Assembly (NCBI GenBank): GCA_044226015.1
Contig: JBGAHS010000002.1
Location: forward strand, 128,001-192,000
Source: Candidatus Obscuribacteraceae bacterium
Lineage (GTDB): Bacteria; Cyanobacteriota; Vampirovibrionia; Obscuribacterales; Obscuribacteraceae
Direction: 5' to 3'
DNA length: 64,000 nt
Part shown: piece by piece, positions 30,523 to 40,529 of the stretch
Position numbering within the stretch: the stretch's first letter is position 1
Layout of the letters: every line of letters starts with the position of its first letter
Notes under the pieces: generated by a model
What the model was told of the DNA's origin: nothing
Databases searched by the model: none
The model's input: the letters and a program-made list of their open reading frames with translations, nothing else
Position numbers and translations under genes: made by a program

Positions 30523-31254
30523 TTCCTCTACTTCATTATTGTGGTCGCCGCCTGACGGACAAATTACGTCGTAAGCAAGGCGAGCAGCCTCTTGCTCAGC
30601 TGACTTTTTGGAATGCCCCACACCCTGCGCAATAGCCTTGTTTGCGACGGAAACGGCAACAATGAAAGTAGGGTCATGCGGTGGACCATCAACTTGCAAT
30701 ACGGAATAGACAGGCACTCCTTGTGAACGCGCCTGAGTTAGCTGCTGAAGTTGCGCTTTGAAATTGTCCTTGACACGATCACGATTCACGGCGTCAGCAC
30801 GGGTAGAAAAATGAGCATTGATAAAGGTTCTGGCAACATCCATTCCTAGATCTAAATAGATTGCACCCAAAATAGCTTCCATAGATCGTGCCAACATCGA
30901 ATCTCGAATTGATACGCCCTTAGCCACTCTAATGAATTCTTGCAGTTGAAAATTCTCGGCAACGGATTGCAAGGTGCGTGCATTTATTAGAACGGCGCGG
31001 ATCTCTGTGAGCCTGCCCTCATCATGTTTTGGATAAAAGTGAACAAGATATTCACTTACGATGAATTTCAAAACAGCATCGCCGAAGAATTCAAGACGCT
31101 CATAATCAGTGTAATGAGGATGATCGTGTGAATATGAACTATGCGTAAGCGCTTCATCAAGAAAATTCAAATTGCTGAACTTGACTTGCATGCGCTCTTC
31201 TAAAACCGCAAGAAGACTGGTTCTTTCACTTGATATCCGGCGTGTTGTTGTCAT
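30520..31254 (-). CDS. rnc: Ribonuclease III
   Basis: ALTHSS, YERLEFFGDAVL, EAILGAIYLD; dsRBD NFKAQLQ...GPPHDPTF...SKKSAEQEAA. Confidence 0.95.
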   Translation of the reverse strand: MTTTRRISSERTSLLAVLEERMQVKFSNLNFLDEALTHSSYSHDHPHYTDYERLEFFGDAVLKFIVSEYLVHFYPKHDEGRLTEIRAVLINARTLQSVAENFQLQEFIRVAKGVSIRDSMLARSMEAILGAIYLDLGMDVARTFINAHFSTRADAVNRDRVKDNFKAQLQQLTQARSQGVPVYSVLQVDGPPHDPTFIVAVSVANKAIAQGVGHSKKSAEQEAARLAYDVICPSGGDHNNEVEE

Positions 31255-31511
31255 GTCCTCATGATTTCTGTAAGTTGCCAGTCTCAATGTAAAAGTTTAT
31301 TGAGTCCGATGGAACCAGGGATCTAGCCTCTGAGATTAGCGAAGGATAACGCGCTTGTCCACCACTCAGAAATGGCTTTCGCCAATGGCAGCAGAGAGTA
31401 TTATCCCTCTATAATCTATATAAAGCTACTTAGGAAAGTTTTTGAGAGCCCGTGCCTTGCTATTCTTATCACGGCGACGTGTCGTCTGACAGGTCCCGGG
31501 GGAGTAGGCTT

Positions 31512-31913
31512 ATGTATGACTTACAGATAATCCAAATAGGCATTTTTGTTTTAGCCGGTTTTGCCTTGCCAGCAGTAGGAATGATTGGACTATCATTCCT
31601 CTTCCAGTTCATCTTCGGATATGGAAGACCGAACCCGTTGAAGAACCAGCCCTATGAGTGCGGTATGAAACCCATTCAAGAGGCAAACGTTCAATTCGAC
31701 ATTCGTTACTACTTGTATGCTCTGATGTTCATTGTCTTCGACATTGAAATCATATTCATCATTCCTTGGGCGATAGCATCGCGTGGCAAAGCGCTATGCT
31801 CGCAGCCAGAGATTGCAAATCTTGTGGCACCCACAGAAATGACTATTTTCGTTGCCATTCTGGCTGTTGGTCTCGCGTACGCCTGGAAGAAGGGCGCTCT
31901 CAAGTGGGAGTAA
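31512..31913 (+). CDS. nuoA: NADH-quinone oxidoreductase subunit A
   Basis: [37 protein letters not shown]. Confidence 0.93.
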   Translation: MYDLQIIQIGIFVLAGFALPAVGMIGLSFLFQFIFGYGRPNPLKNQPYECGMKPIQEANVQFDIRYYLYALMFIVFDIEIIFIIPWAIASRGKALCSQPEIANLVAPTEMTIFVAILAVGLAYAWKKGALKWE

Positions 31914-31917
31914 AAAA

Positions 31918-32574
31918 ATGAGCGAAGAAGTAAACGCACCTGTTAAACCTCACATTCCGCCCGAACTTCAAGACACAGTTCAAGTTCATGAACTCGGCGG
32001 CTTAGTTGATGCACTTAGTAATGTTCTCTCTCCTGTCGCAAACTGGGCACGTTCACAATCAGTGTGGCCTCTGACCTTCGGAACGAGCTGTTGCGCAATC
32101 GAGATGATGTCAGTTGGTATGTCAGCATTTGACATTTCCAGATTTGGATCTGAAGTATTTCGCGGTACCCCGCGTCAGGCAGACCTCATTCTCACAGCTG
32201 GAACCATCACAAGAAAGATGGCGCCGGCTCTAATCACCTTGTACGAACAATTACCAGAACCAAAGTTTGTTATCGCCATGGGAGCCTGCACCATCACTGG
32301 TGGCATGTTCAATGACTCGTACTCAGTCGTCCAAGGCGTTGACAGAATCATTCCAGTCGACGTTTACCTGCCGGGTTGCCCCCCACGACCAGAAGGCATT
32401 TTGGACGCTCTGCTGAAACTGCAGCAAAAAATTCGCACACAATCGCTTGCAGAAAGAATGAAAAAAGCAAATCAAAGTCGCGCAATTCGCTATGTCGACT
32501 ACGACACAGGAATGCCATTGGAAGTGCTAAAGGCAGCTGCTGATGAAGCAAAAGCGCTAGCCGGCGACGAATAG
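31918..32574 (+). CDS. nuoB: NADH-quinone oxidoreductase subunit B
   Basis: [33 protein letters not shown]. Confidence 0.95.
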   Translation: MSEEVNAPVKPHIPPELQDTVQVHELGGLVDALSNVLSPVANWARSQSVWPLTFGTSCCAIEMMSVGMSAFDISRFGSEVFRGTPRQADLILTAGTITRKMAPALITLYEQLPEPKFVIAMGACTITGGMFNDSYSVVQGVDRIIPVDVYLPGCPPRPEGILDALLKLQQKIRTQSLAERMKKANQSRAIRYVDYDTGMPLEVLKAAADEAKALAGDE

Positions 32575-32596
32575 AAATAGCTGAGGAATCGGAAAA

Positions 32597-33424
32597 ATGA
32601 CAGAACCAGAATCTGGAGCTACGCCCCCAGAGAAGCCAGCAGAAAAGCCGGTAGAGCAAGCGGCAGAAAAGCCAGTCAGCGAACAAGCGGCGGCTCCAGC
32701 AGAGAAACCAGCAGCAGCCGCGCCAGAAGCGGCAGCCCCGGTTGAAAAACCGGCAGCTCCAGCAGCAGCAGCTCCAGCTACAGCAGCGGCAGCACCCGCA
32801 GAAAAGCCAACAGCCCCAGCTGCTCCAGCAGGTGATGCAGCAGCCGCAGCAAAACCTGTTGCCAAACCAGCAGCGGCAGCAGCTCATGCAGCTCCGGCAA
32901 AGCCAGCTGAACCACCGAAGCCGCTGGAACCTGGATTTTTTGGCACCTTCCTAAAAGAAATCGGCATCGATTCTGAAAGAGACCCCGACCATTCCCGTGG
33001 AGTTGAATGCATCACGGTCGCGGCTAAGGATCTCGAAAGCGCCGTTAAGCGCCTTCGCAATAGTCCTGAAACTCAAATGAACTACCTCATCACCATTACC
33101 GGTGTTGAGCAAGCTGATCATTTTGAATCTGTTTACCATCTCTGGTCTTACACCAATTTGAAAGAACTGGTGTTAAAGGTCAAAATTCCGAAATCATCAG
33201 TTCCGGAAGGCGCACTGCCGGTAGTGCCATCGATAGCCAATTTCTGGGGCGCGGCAAACTGGCACGAACGCGAAACATATGACCTGGTTGGAATTCGCTA
33301 CAGCGGGCATCCATACTTGCGTCGCATCCTCAATCCGTGGGATTGGGAAGGTCATCCACTGAGACGCGATTACAAGCAACCAGTGGATGCTTTGAACGAC
33401 AAAAATCCTGACAGTTTCCGCTAA
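32597..33424 (+). CDS. nuoC: NADH-quinone oxidoreductase subunit C with a Pro/Ala-rich N-terminal extension
   Basis: ANWHERETYDLVGI...GHPYLRRIL...GHPLRRDY. Confidence 0.92.
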   Translation: MTEPESGATPPEKPAEKPVEQAAEKPVSEQAAAPAEKPAAAAPEAAAPVEKPAAPAAAAPATAAAAPAEKPTAPAAPAGDAAAAAKPVAKPAAAAAHAAPAKPAEPPKPLEPGFFGTFLKEIGIDSERDPDHSRGVECITVAAKDLESAVKRLRNSPETQMNYLITITGVEQADHFESVYHLWSYTNLKELVLKVKIPKSSVPEGALPVVPSIANFWGAANWHERETYDLVGIRYSGHPYLRRILNPWDWEGHPLRRDYKQPVDALNDKNPDSFR

Positions 33425-33445
33425 GAGGTTAAAAGGAGAAGCAAT

Positions 33446-34651
33446 ATGGCAGCCGAACTGACCTCACCAGAGTTAAAGACCCAGGAGATGATTATCAACA
33501 TGGGTCCGCAGCACCCTGCTACGCACGGTGTACTGCGTCTCATCGTTACGCTCGATGGTGAAATCGTAACTCATGTTGAGCCCGTTCTCGGACACTTGCA
33601 CCGCGCACAAGAATGGCAAGGGCAGGTACGTACAGTATTTCAATACCAGGCGCTTATCGATCGCGTCGACTATCTCTCAGGAATGTTCACCTCCTGGGCG
33701 ATGGCTAAAACAGCCGAAGACATAGATGGGCTGATCGTTCCGAAGCGTGCGGAATACCTCCGCGTGATTCTTTCAGAAATGAATCGCATCACCTCACATT
33801 TGCTCTGGTTGGGAACCTACCTCATCGACCTTGGTGCGATGTTCGGTTTCCCCTTCTATCCATTTCGTGAACGCGAAAAATTGTTTGATTTGTTCGAAGC
33901 CGTAGCTGGACAGAGAATGATGTTCAACTATATTCGCATCGGCGGAGTAGTTAGAAACCCTCCATTCGGCTGGTTCGACAAATTGAAGTACTTCCTTGAT
34001 GAGTTCCCAGATCGTATTGATGAGTACGAAGCAATCGTCACTGAAAATCCGATCTTCTTAAAGAGAACAAAGGACGTAGGCTATCTCTCTCCAGAAATTG
34101 CAATGAACTATGGAATGAGTGGTCCATGTGTGCGCGCATCGGGCATACCGCTCGATTTGCGCAAGACAAAACCATATTCCGTATATCCAGAAATTGATTT
34201 CACAGTTCCTGTAAGAACTGAAGGCGACACCTGGGCACGATACATGTGCCGCATCGCAGAAATGCGTGAGTGCGTCAACATCATCAGGCAGGCAATTGAA
34301 AAAATACCTGGCGGAACCACAGAAGAATTGAGAAAAGGTCTCGGAACGACCGGACCGGAGAAAGACGACAGCAAAGACCTGCCACCAGAATGCTTGCTGA
34401 TGGCGAAGAAGCAAAATGCTGGTCTTCGTATCAAAGCTGGTGAAGGGTTCTCAGCAGTAGAATCTCCTCGCGGCACAATCGGTTGTTACGTCGTATCTAA
34501 CGGCTCTGATAAAGCCTACAGATTCAGATGGCGCAATCCTTCATTCTGCAATCTGTCCGCATTGAGCCACCTTCTGGTTGGTTCTCCGATTGCAGACGTA
34601 ATGGCTATATTCGGATCAATCGATGTGATCCTTCCGGACGTAGATAGATAA
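33446..34651 (+). CDS. nuoD: NADH-quinone oxidoreductase subunit D
   Basis: NMGPQHPATHGVLRL, DRVDY, ESPRG, DVDR terminus; no NiFe CxxC motifs. Confidence 0.95.
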   Translation: MAAELTSPELKTQEMIINMGPQHPATHGVLRLIVTLDGEIVTHVEPVLGHLHRAQEWQGQVRTVFQYQALIDRVDYLSGMFTSWAMAKTAEDIDGLIVPKRAEYLRVILSEMNRITSHLLWLGTYLIDLGAMFGFPFYPFREREKLFDLFEAVAGQRMMFNYIRIGGVVRNPPFGWFDKLKYFLDEFPDRIDEYEAIVTENPIFLKRTKDVGYLSPEIAMNYGMSGPCVRASGIPLDLRKTKPYSVYPEIDFTVPVRTEGDTWARYMCRIAEMRECVNIIRQAIEKIPGGTTEELRKGLGTTGPEKDDSKDLPPECLLMAKKQNAGLRIKAGEGFSAVESPRGTIGCYVVSNGSDKAYRFRWRNPSFCNLSALSHLLVGSPIADVMAIFGSIDVILPDVDR

Positions 34652-34684
34652 GACTGAATACTCACGGCACAAGGGCTGAGGTAA

Positions 34685-36223
34685 ATGACCACTACTGTTA
34701 CGACCACACCAAACGTAAGTTCGACAGCAAGCGCTGATTACAACATCAATGAAATATGGAAGTTCGCAAGAATTTCTTTCATATGGCTCTGCATCATATT
34801 CGGTGCAGTCTGGATGGCTTCGTGGGCTGTCGGCTCCGTTATACCGAGCCTCATTGACGAGTTCTCTCCAAATAATCCGGCAGCGCATTTAGTCGCCAAC
34901 ATCATCAGAATGTTGACGCCACTGGTGTCGGTGCTGGTCTTCATTCCAATAAATGCAACCTACATGGTTCTTGCGGAAAGAAGAGGATTGGCTCTGTTAA
35001 CTGTCAGAAAGGGACCCAACAGAGTTGGTCCAGACGGATTTCTGCAGACCGGTGCCGACGCTGTCAAACTGCTATTCAAAGAGAATATTGACCCCGAAGG
35101 CAGTGACACATTGATGTTCACCCTGGCGCCAATTATCTTCTTTGCGCCTTCCGTTTTCGGTGCAATTCCTTTACTAGCAGCGGTCACCAGCAATCACGAA
35201 CTTTTCCAGGTAGTGAACATACCAACGGGTATCTTCTACATCTTAGCGATGTCATCGATTCCAGTTGTTGGAATTGTGATGGGCGGTTGGGCCAGCAACA
35301 ATAAATACTCTCTCGTAGGTGGTTTGCGTTCTGCAGCACAAGCGATTTCATACGAAATTCCGCTTGTAATGGCAGTAGTGACCATGTGCTTGCTGATCGG
35401 TACTCTCAATGTAGTGGACATCGCCTGGTTGCAGAACCCTGTTGAACTTGCAAAATGCGTTCCGAATGTGACGACAGTCGCAAGCGGTGCAGTGGAAGCT
35501 TGCCAGAAATGGGACATGCTTCGCGGCAATTCACACCTGGGTCACGCAATCAGCAGTATCGGTATCAACAACCTCGGTCAGTTTGGATTCCTCAACTGGA
35601 ACATATTTGGAGGAGACACACTAACCGGTTATCTGGCGCTCTTAGCAGCAGGCAAGTATAAGATTGGGGAAGCAATCGTAAAAGGCATACTTGCCGTGTT
35701 TCTAGTGCTCTGCACATTCCTTTTGTGTGGCTTGTATCTCACAGGAGCTTGCGCTGAAATCAACCGTATTCCTTTCGACTTGCCAGAAGCTGAGTCTGAG
35801 TTGGTTTCTGGATATAACACTGAATATAGTGGTATTCGTTTTGCAATCTTCTTCCTTGCAGAGTTCACTAACCTCTTTATCGTCTCGAGCATTGCCGTTG
35901 TGATGTGGTTTGGAGGCGGCGCTTCACCGTTTCCTGGTGCGTTCTATCAGGCAGCCGTCCTTACCCCGATGCAGGACGTTTTCAATCAGATAAATGCTGT
36001 TTTGAAAACGGCGCACCTACCAGCACTGCTAAACGCAGTTACATTTAGCGGAGTCATTTGGGCAATTCTCAAAGTCTACGCCCTCGTATTTTTTGCCATT
36101 CTGGTTCGCGGCACGCTGCCTCGTTTCAGAATCGACCAGCTAATGGATTTCGGTTGGAAGAGACTGATTCCTCTAGCCTTGTTTTTACTGATCGCAATTA
36201 CATATCTCAAGGAGCTTATCTAA
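34685..36223 (+). CDS. nuoH: NADH-quinone oxidoreductase subunit H, elongated (512 aa)
   Basis: GPNRVGP, ADAVKLLFKE, SNNKYSLVGGLRSAAQAISYE, PFDLPEAESELVSGYNTEYSG, RGTLPRFRIDQLM. Confidence 0.93.
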   Translation: MTTTVTTTPNVSSTASADYNINEIWKFARISFIWLCIIFGAVWMASWAVGSVIPSLIDEFSPNNPAAHLVANIIRMLTPLVSVLVFIPINATYMVLAERRGLALLTVRKGPNRVGPDGFLQTGADAVKLLFKENIDPEGSDTLMFTLAPIIFFAPSVFGAIPLLAAVTSNHELFQVVNIPTGIFYILAMSSIPVVGIVMGGWASNNKYSLVGGLRSAAQAISYEIPLVMAVVTMCLLIGTLNVVDIAWLQNPVELAKCVPNVTTVASGAVEACQKWDMLRGNSHLGHAISSIGINNLGQFGFLNWNIFGGDTLTGYLALLAAGKYKIGEAIVKGILAVFLVLCTFLLCGLYLTGACAEINRIPFDLPEAESELVSGYNTEYSGIRFAIFFLAEFTNLFIVSSIAVVMWFGGGASPFPGAFYQAAVLTPMQDVFNQINAVLKTAHLPALLNAVTFSGVIWAILKVYALVFFAILVRGTLPRFRIDQLMDFGWKRLIPLALFLLIAITYLKELI

Positions 36224-37048
36224 ATGTTCGCTCTCGTAGGACGCTCAATAGAAAGCCTTCGCCAGGTAGCGCGCGGTCTGGGAACCGTGTTTATGCATGC
36301 TGCCAGGCAACCAATCACCAAAGAGTTCCCGGATACCATGCCTTTGCTGGCAGGCCATTTCCGTGGACGATTGGCACTGGCAGTAAACCCTGAATCTGGC
36401 GATCACCTCTGTATTTCATGCTTGCAGTGTGAAAGAGTTTGCCCGGACAAATGTATTCAGATTACCTCTCACAAGAGTCCAGAAACAAACAAGCCTGAGC
36501 TAATCAACTTCCAGATCGACCATGGACTTTGTATGTTCTGTGGTTTGTGTACAGAAGTCTGCCCAACAAGCTGCATCATCAATACGAATGATTTTGAAAT
36601 GGCAGATTACACACGTAAATCGCTGGTTTATGACATCAGAAAGTTGACATTGACCAAGGATGAATCGGCTCACTACTTTGCAAAGAAAGAACTGCCAATG
36701 CCGAAACCAAAACCGGCAAAAAAACCAGCAGAAGCAAAGCCAGCTGGCGCAGCAGTTGCAAAACCAGCACCAGACAAACCAGTTGGAAAACCTGAGGCAA
36801 AAGCAGAAGCTAAGCCTGAAGCAAAACCAGAAGTAGCAGCGGATAAGCCAGCTCCCGCTCCAGCAGCAGCACCGGCGCCTGCCGCAGCAGCTCCAGCAGC
36901 TGAATCTAAACCTGCAGAAGCAGCAGCTCCAGCCCCAGCACCGGAAGCAAAACCAGCTGTCGAGATGGACAAAACTAGAGAGCTAGCTAAGCCTGATGTG
37001 AAAACCGACGAAGTAAAGTCGGAAGAGCCCAAGAAGGAAGGTGAATAA
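36224..37048 (+). CDS. nuoI: NADH-quinone oxidoreductase subunit I with a Pro/Ala/Lys/Glu tail
   Basis: CISCLQCERVCP and CMFCGLCTEVCP. Confidence 0.93.
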   Translation: MFALVGRSIESLRQVARGLGTVFMHAARQPITKEFPDTMPLLAGHFRGRLALAVNPESGDHLCISCLQCERVCPDKCIQITSHKSPETNKPELINFQIDHGLCMFCGLCTEVCPTSCIINTNDFEMADYTRKSLVYDIRKLTLTKDESAHYFAKKELPMPKPKPAKKPAEAKPAGAAVAKPAPDKPVGKPEAKAEAKPEAKPEVAADKPAPAPAAAPAPAAAAPAAESKPAEAAAPAPAPEAKPAVEMDKTRELAKPDVKTDEVKSEEPKKEGE

Positions 37049-37050
37049 CA

Positions 37051-37674
37051 ATGCAAGGATTGGCAGAATTAGGAACTTCAGCAAGCCACCACATTGAAAC
37101 AGTTCTCTTCTATGTAGCGGCTTTCGTGACCATTCCTCTGGCATACGGTGTGTTGCTAGACAAAAACGTTATCAGAGCAGGGTTTCTGCTTATCGGAGTA
37201 TTTGGCGGAGTCTGTGCACTCTTCCTTCTTCTCCAAGCACAATTCCTTGCAATGGCGCAGATGATGATTTACGCAGTCGGTATCACACTGGTTGTAGTAA
37301 TCGCACTCATGCTCACAAACCCAACATTGGATTATGAGCGCAGCATTGACTTACCACAACAAAAGGTTCCGGCACTGCTTACTTGCGGACTCGTATTTGC
37401 AGTCCTCTATATGGCAGTTCTCTCAGAACCATGGCCAACACAAAACGTTAGTCCATCACCAGACAACGTCATGGTATTGGGCAACAGCCTGCTAACACAA
37501 TATGCGTTGCCCTTTGAGTTCGCATCGATTCTTCTGCTGGTGGCATTAATCGGAGCGGTAATGTTGGCAAAGTCAGATCATTTCAAACCAGGCGAAGAAC
37601 TCTTAGACGAAGAGACAGATATTGGTGGAGTATTAGATATAAAGGGGCAGGAAGATGTGGTCCAAGTCAAATAG
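37051..37674 (+). CDS. nuoJ: NADH-quinone oxidoreductase subunit J
   Basis: [36 protein letters not shown]. Confidence 0.9.
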   Translation: MQGLAELGTSASHHIETVLFYVAAFVTIPLAYGVLLDKNVIRAGFLLIGVFGGVCALFLLLQAQFLAMAQMMIYAVGITLVVVIALMLTNPTLDYERSIDLPQQKVPALLTCGLVFAVLYMAVLSEPWPTQNVSPSPDNVMVLGNSLLTQYALPFEFASILLLVALIGAVMLAKSDHFKPGEELLDEETDIGGVLDIKGQEDVVQVK

Positions 37675-38209
37675 CATTGTTACCGCTTACTTTTTCATCA
37701 TCGCTGTCATTACAGGCGTGCTGATGATGAATGGCTTTCAGGGCCTAGCACCAAATATGCCACCAGAGTTTTTTGCTCTTGGAGGAGTTGGAGTCACGAT
37801 CGCTCTTGGTTTAGCAGCTTTCTTGATCGGAGCTGACCTGACCCCAATTCTCGTGACCGCAACACTAGCCACCTTCGTGCTTCTTACCTACAACCACCAC
37901 GCAGACCCATTGATGCGCTATTTGATTCTAGCTGCAATGTTATTCTCGATTGGTGTTTATGGCATGACAGTGTCGAGAAATGCTGTACGTGTATTGATGT
38001 CGATAGAGTTGATGCTCAATGCAGTTAACATCAACCTGGTTGCATTCTCACGTTATGTTGACCCGACCGAAATCAAAGGACAAATATTCGCCATTTTCAT
38101 TCTTACCGTTGCAGCTGCTGAAGCTGCGGTCGGACTGGCAATCGTTCTTGCGCTATATAGAAACAGCGCCACTGTCGATATGGAAAAATTCAACCTGCTT
38201 AAGTGGTAG
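37655..38209 (+). CDS. nuoK: NADH-quinone oxidoreductase subunit K with extra N-terminal hydrophobic segments
   Basis: [32 protein letters not shown]. Confidence 0.9.
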   Translation: MWSKSNSIVTAYFFIIAVITGVLMMNGFQGLAPNMPPEFFALGGVGVTIALGLAAFLIGADLTPILVTATLATFVLLTYNHHADPLMRYLILAAMLFSIGVYGMTVSRNAVRVLMSIELMLNAVNINLVAFSRYVDPTEIKGQIFAIFILTVAAAEAAVGLAIVLALYRNSATVDMEKFNLLKW

Positions 38210-38994
38210 TGGACGACCAAGCCGAATACGACAAACTGCGAGAAAAACTCATGCAATCTCTTGAAGCGAGAGATTGCATGTCAGCTACTGACGAGTTGCA
38301 TCAGCTATTAGCATTTTTTGAAAGCAGAAATGCCACAGAGTACATCGATTACATCGAATACCTCTTCTTGCTTCACCAGGTCTACATCGAAATGGGTGAT
38401 GCTGGCAGCGCGGTTGGCGTTCTTGGAAAATTGCTAAATCACTTTTTGAAGAATACAGACCCCAAGTTACTGAAGGCGAGAGCGGTAGAAATTTACGTCA
38501 AAACCTGGACTTACCTCGGCTACATTCTGGCTGAAACTGGGCAGGCGGAGAACTCCATCATGGTGTTCAAGAAATCGCTTCCTTTGCTGATGCTAATGCG
38601 CGGGCTCGAAAGCCACGAGCTCGAAACCGTGCAGTGGTATATAAAATCACTGCGCACAGAAGGGCGAATAACTAGCGATGAACCTCCCGACGCCATGGTC
38701 TCTGAGCAAGAACTGGAAGGTCTCAGGTGCTCATTCTGTTTCACTGGCCAAACAGAAATTGTCTCGGGTCCGGCGGTACACGTTTGTAGAGCTTGCATAG
38801 AGAGCTACCATTCGTTTCTGCCCGACAAAGCCTACTGCTCACATTTAAGGTTGGCAGCACCCTCAGCAGCCTGCTCATTCAATTGCGGAAGCAAGCCTGT
38901 TGATATTGAGGTTTTATTTCCAGGCTTCGGTGGTTTCATTTGCGGCGCCTGTGTTGAAAAATTCAACGACCCTGAATATTGGGAAAATAACTAA
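38203..38994 (+). CDS. Helical (TPR-like) protein with two ClpX-type C4 zinc fingers
   Basis: CSFC...[12 protein letters not shown] and CSFNC...GFICGACV. Confidence 0.7.
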   Translation: MVVDDQAEYDKLREKLMQSLEARDCMSATDELHQLLAFFESRNATEYIDYIEYLFLLHQVYIEMGDAGSAVGVLGKLLNHFLKNTDPKLLKARAVEIYVKTWTYLGYILAETGQAENSIMVFKKSLPLLMLMRGLESHELETVQWYIKSLRTEGRITSDEPPDAMVSEQELEGLRCSFCFTGQTEIVSGPAVHVCRACIESYHSFLPDKAYCSHLRLAAPSAACSFNCGSKPVDIEVLFPGFGGFICGACVEKFNDPEYWENN

Positions 38995-39185
38995 TGTCCA
39001 ATTTCGCAAGTGCCCGTGTATTTAAAGAATGGGGCACTGGGCAATCCTGAATTTTATAGACCTGGTAATTCCACCATGGACCATAAGCAAGGATTGACTA
39101 GTATATAAACAGGCTAAAATCAGATTCGGTATCAACTTGTCGCGACTTCAAATTTCCTCGTTTAGGGCGTGGAGGCTTAGTTTCG

Positions 39186-40352
39186 ATGGAAGATACTTAC
39201 GTAAGTCGCGTTAATTACGGCGAAGAAGCTGTAAAGCAAGATCCCTTTGGCTATCACCAGAATGGGGATTCGAGCAACAACAGCTCATACAACGCCGATG
39301 CTCAGGCTCGTCCCAATTGGGATGCGTACAGCTATTATCAGGACAAAAGTCCGACAGCGCGCAACAACAGCGACATGCCACCAAAGTGGAATGTTCCGCC
39401 GGCTGCCGATATTCAACTGCCTAAAACTGACGTGCAGTTGCCGGCAACGGACAGCAACAACAACAAGGCACGTGAGATTCGACTCCCAGACGGGGCAGTA
39501 AATCGCTTCGACGATCAGGGTAGATGCACATTTACCGGCTCGGCAGATGGCAGAAAGTCGCGCGAAGTTAAGTATGAAGATCAGAGTGATCCAAACAAGA
39601 TAACCCAGGTCACCATAGATCAAAACAGAGTTTACACACGAAACGCTGATGGGCGCTCGTGGTCATTGCAAGTTAATGGACAACAAGCAGGCACCTGGTA
39701 CGGTGATGTGCACATGTCCAAGACTGGCGAATACTCCATCGAAGACCATCGCACGGGCGAACAAAGAAAGTTTGCATCAAACACTGCTGAATTGACTCAA
39801 CCGCGCGACAACCAGAATTGCCCGCCCGGTACAGATTGCAGTTCAGGACAAGCTCAGTATTACCGCCGTCCGGCGCAAACAGAGTTCTGCCAACCGGGAC
39901 AACAGTGTCGTCCCTACTACAGACAAGAAGTTCAACAAGACCATTATCGCCGCGCACCACAGACGGAATACTGCCAACCAGGTCAACCATGTCGCCCGTA
40001 CTATCAGCAACCTGTTCAATATGATCAGTATGGTCAGCCAATTCAAGGCACAAGAGGCTCTTATGACCAGGGACAATGCTATCCGCAGCAACGCGGCAAT
40101 TGCTACCCGCAATCATATGACCGCGGATATGGCAATTGCTCAAGCTATGGTGGCAACGGCGTCGGACGCGCCATAGTTTCCGGCATGGTAAATGGAATGA
40201 TTTACCGTGGAATGGGTTATGGCGGTTATGGTGGTTACGGTGGATTCTATCAGCGTGGCTACGGCTACGGCGGTGGCAACATCGGCGGAGCCATAATCGG
40301 CAATGTGATCGGTCGCGCCATCATGGGCGGTGGACGCCACTGCAGATGGTGA
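39186..40352 (+). CDS. Hypothetical protein with Cys/Gln/Tyr repeats and a Gly/Tyr-rich tail
   Basis: SD GGAGG, 388-aa ORF, terminator downstream. Confidence 0.8.
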   Translation: MEDTYVSRVNYGEEAVKQDPFGYHQNGDSSNNSSYNADAQARPNWDAYSYYQDKSPTARNNSDMPPKWNVPPAADIQLPKTDVQLPATDSNNNKAREIRLPDGAVNRFDDQGRCTFTGSADGRKSREVKYEDQSDPNKITQVTIDQNRVYTRNADGRSWSLQVNGQQAGTWYGDVHMSKTGEYSIEDHRTGEQRKFASNTAELTQPRDNQNCPPGTDCSSGQAQYYRRPAQTEFCQPGQQCRPYYRQEVQQDHYRRAPQTEYCQPGQPCRPYYQQPVQYDQYGQPIQGTRGSYDQGQCYPQQRGNCYPQSYDRGYGNCSSYGGNGVGRAIVSGMVNGMIYRGMGYGGYGGYGGFYQRGYGYGGGNIGGAIIGNVIGRAIMGGGRHCRW

Positions 40353-40379
40353 TCTGACCGAAGCAAACTAGAGGTGTAG

Positions 40380-40411
40380 AACCGCCTGCTTATAACAGGC
40401 GGTTTTCTTTT
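40380..40411 (+). terminator. Intrinsic terminator
   Basis: AACCGCCTG-CTTATAA-CAGGCGGTT then TTCTTTT. Confidence 0.85.
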
Positions 40412-40485
40412 AGCCATCATCAAAATCTTCCATGAATTTTCTGGCGTTTCCTTAATCTTGAACATGAAAAGATGCAGATATTCCT

Positions 40486-40528
40486 GTGCTATAGTTAACC
40501 ATATACAAAATGTAGTCGGATAACTACT
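40486..40528 (+). promoter_or_regulatory. Extended -10 promoter plus palindromic operator, copy 1
   Basis: TGCTATAGT at 40487; GTAGT-CGGATA-ACTAC at 40512-40527; 34/43 identical to 41388-41430. Confidence 0.7.
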
Positions 40529-40529
40529 G

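Noticed and set aside
33446..34651. Group 4 NiFe hydrogenase large subunit
   Set aside because: No CxxC metal motifs; complex I quinone-site motifs present.
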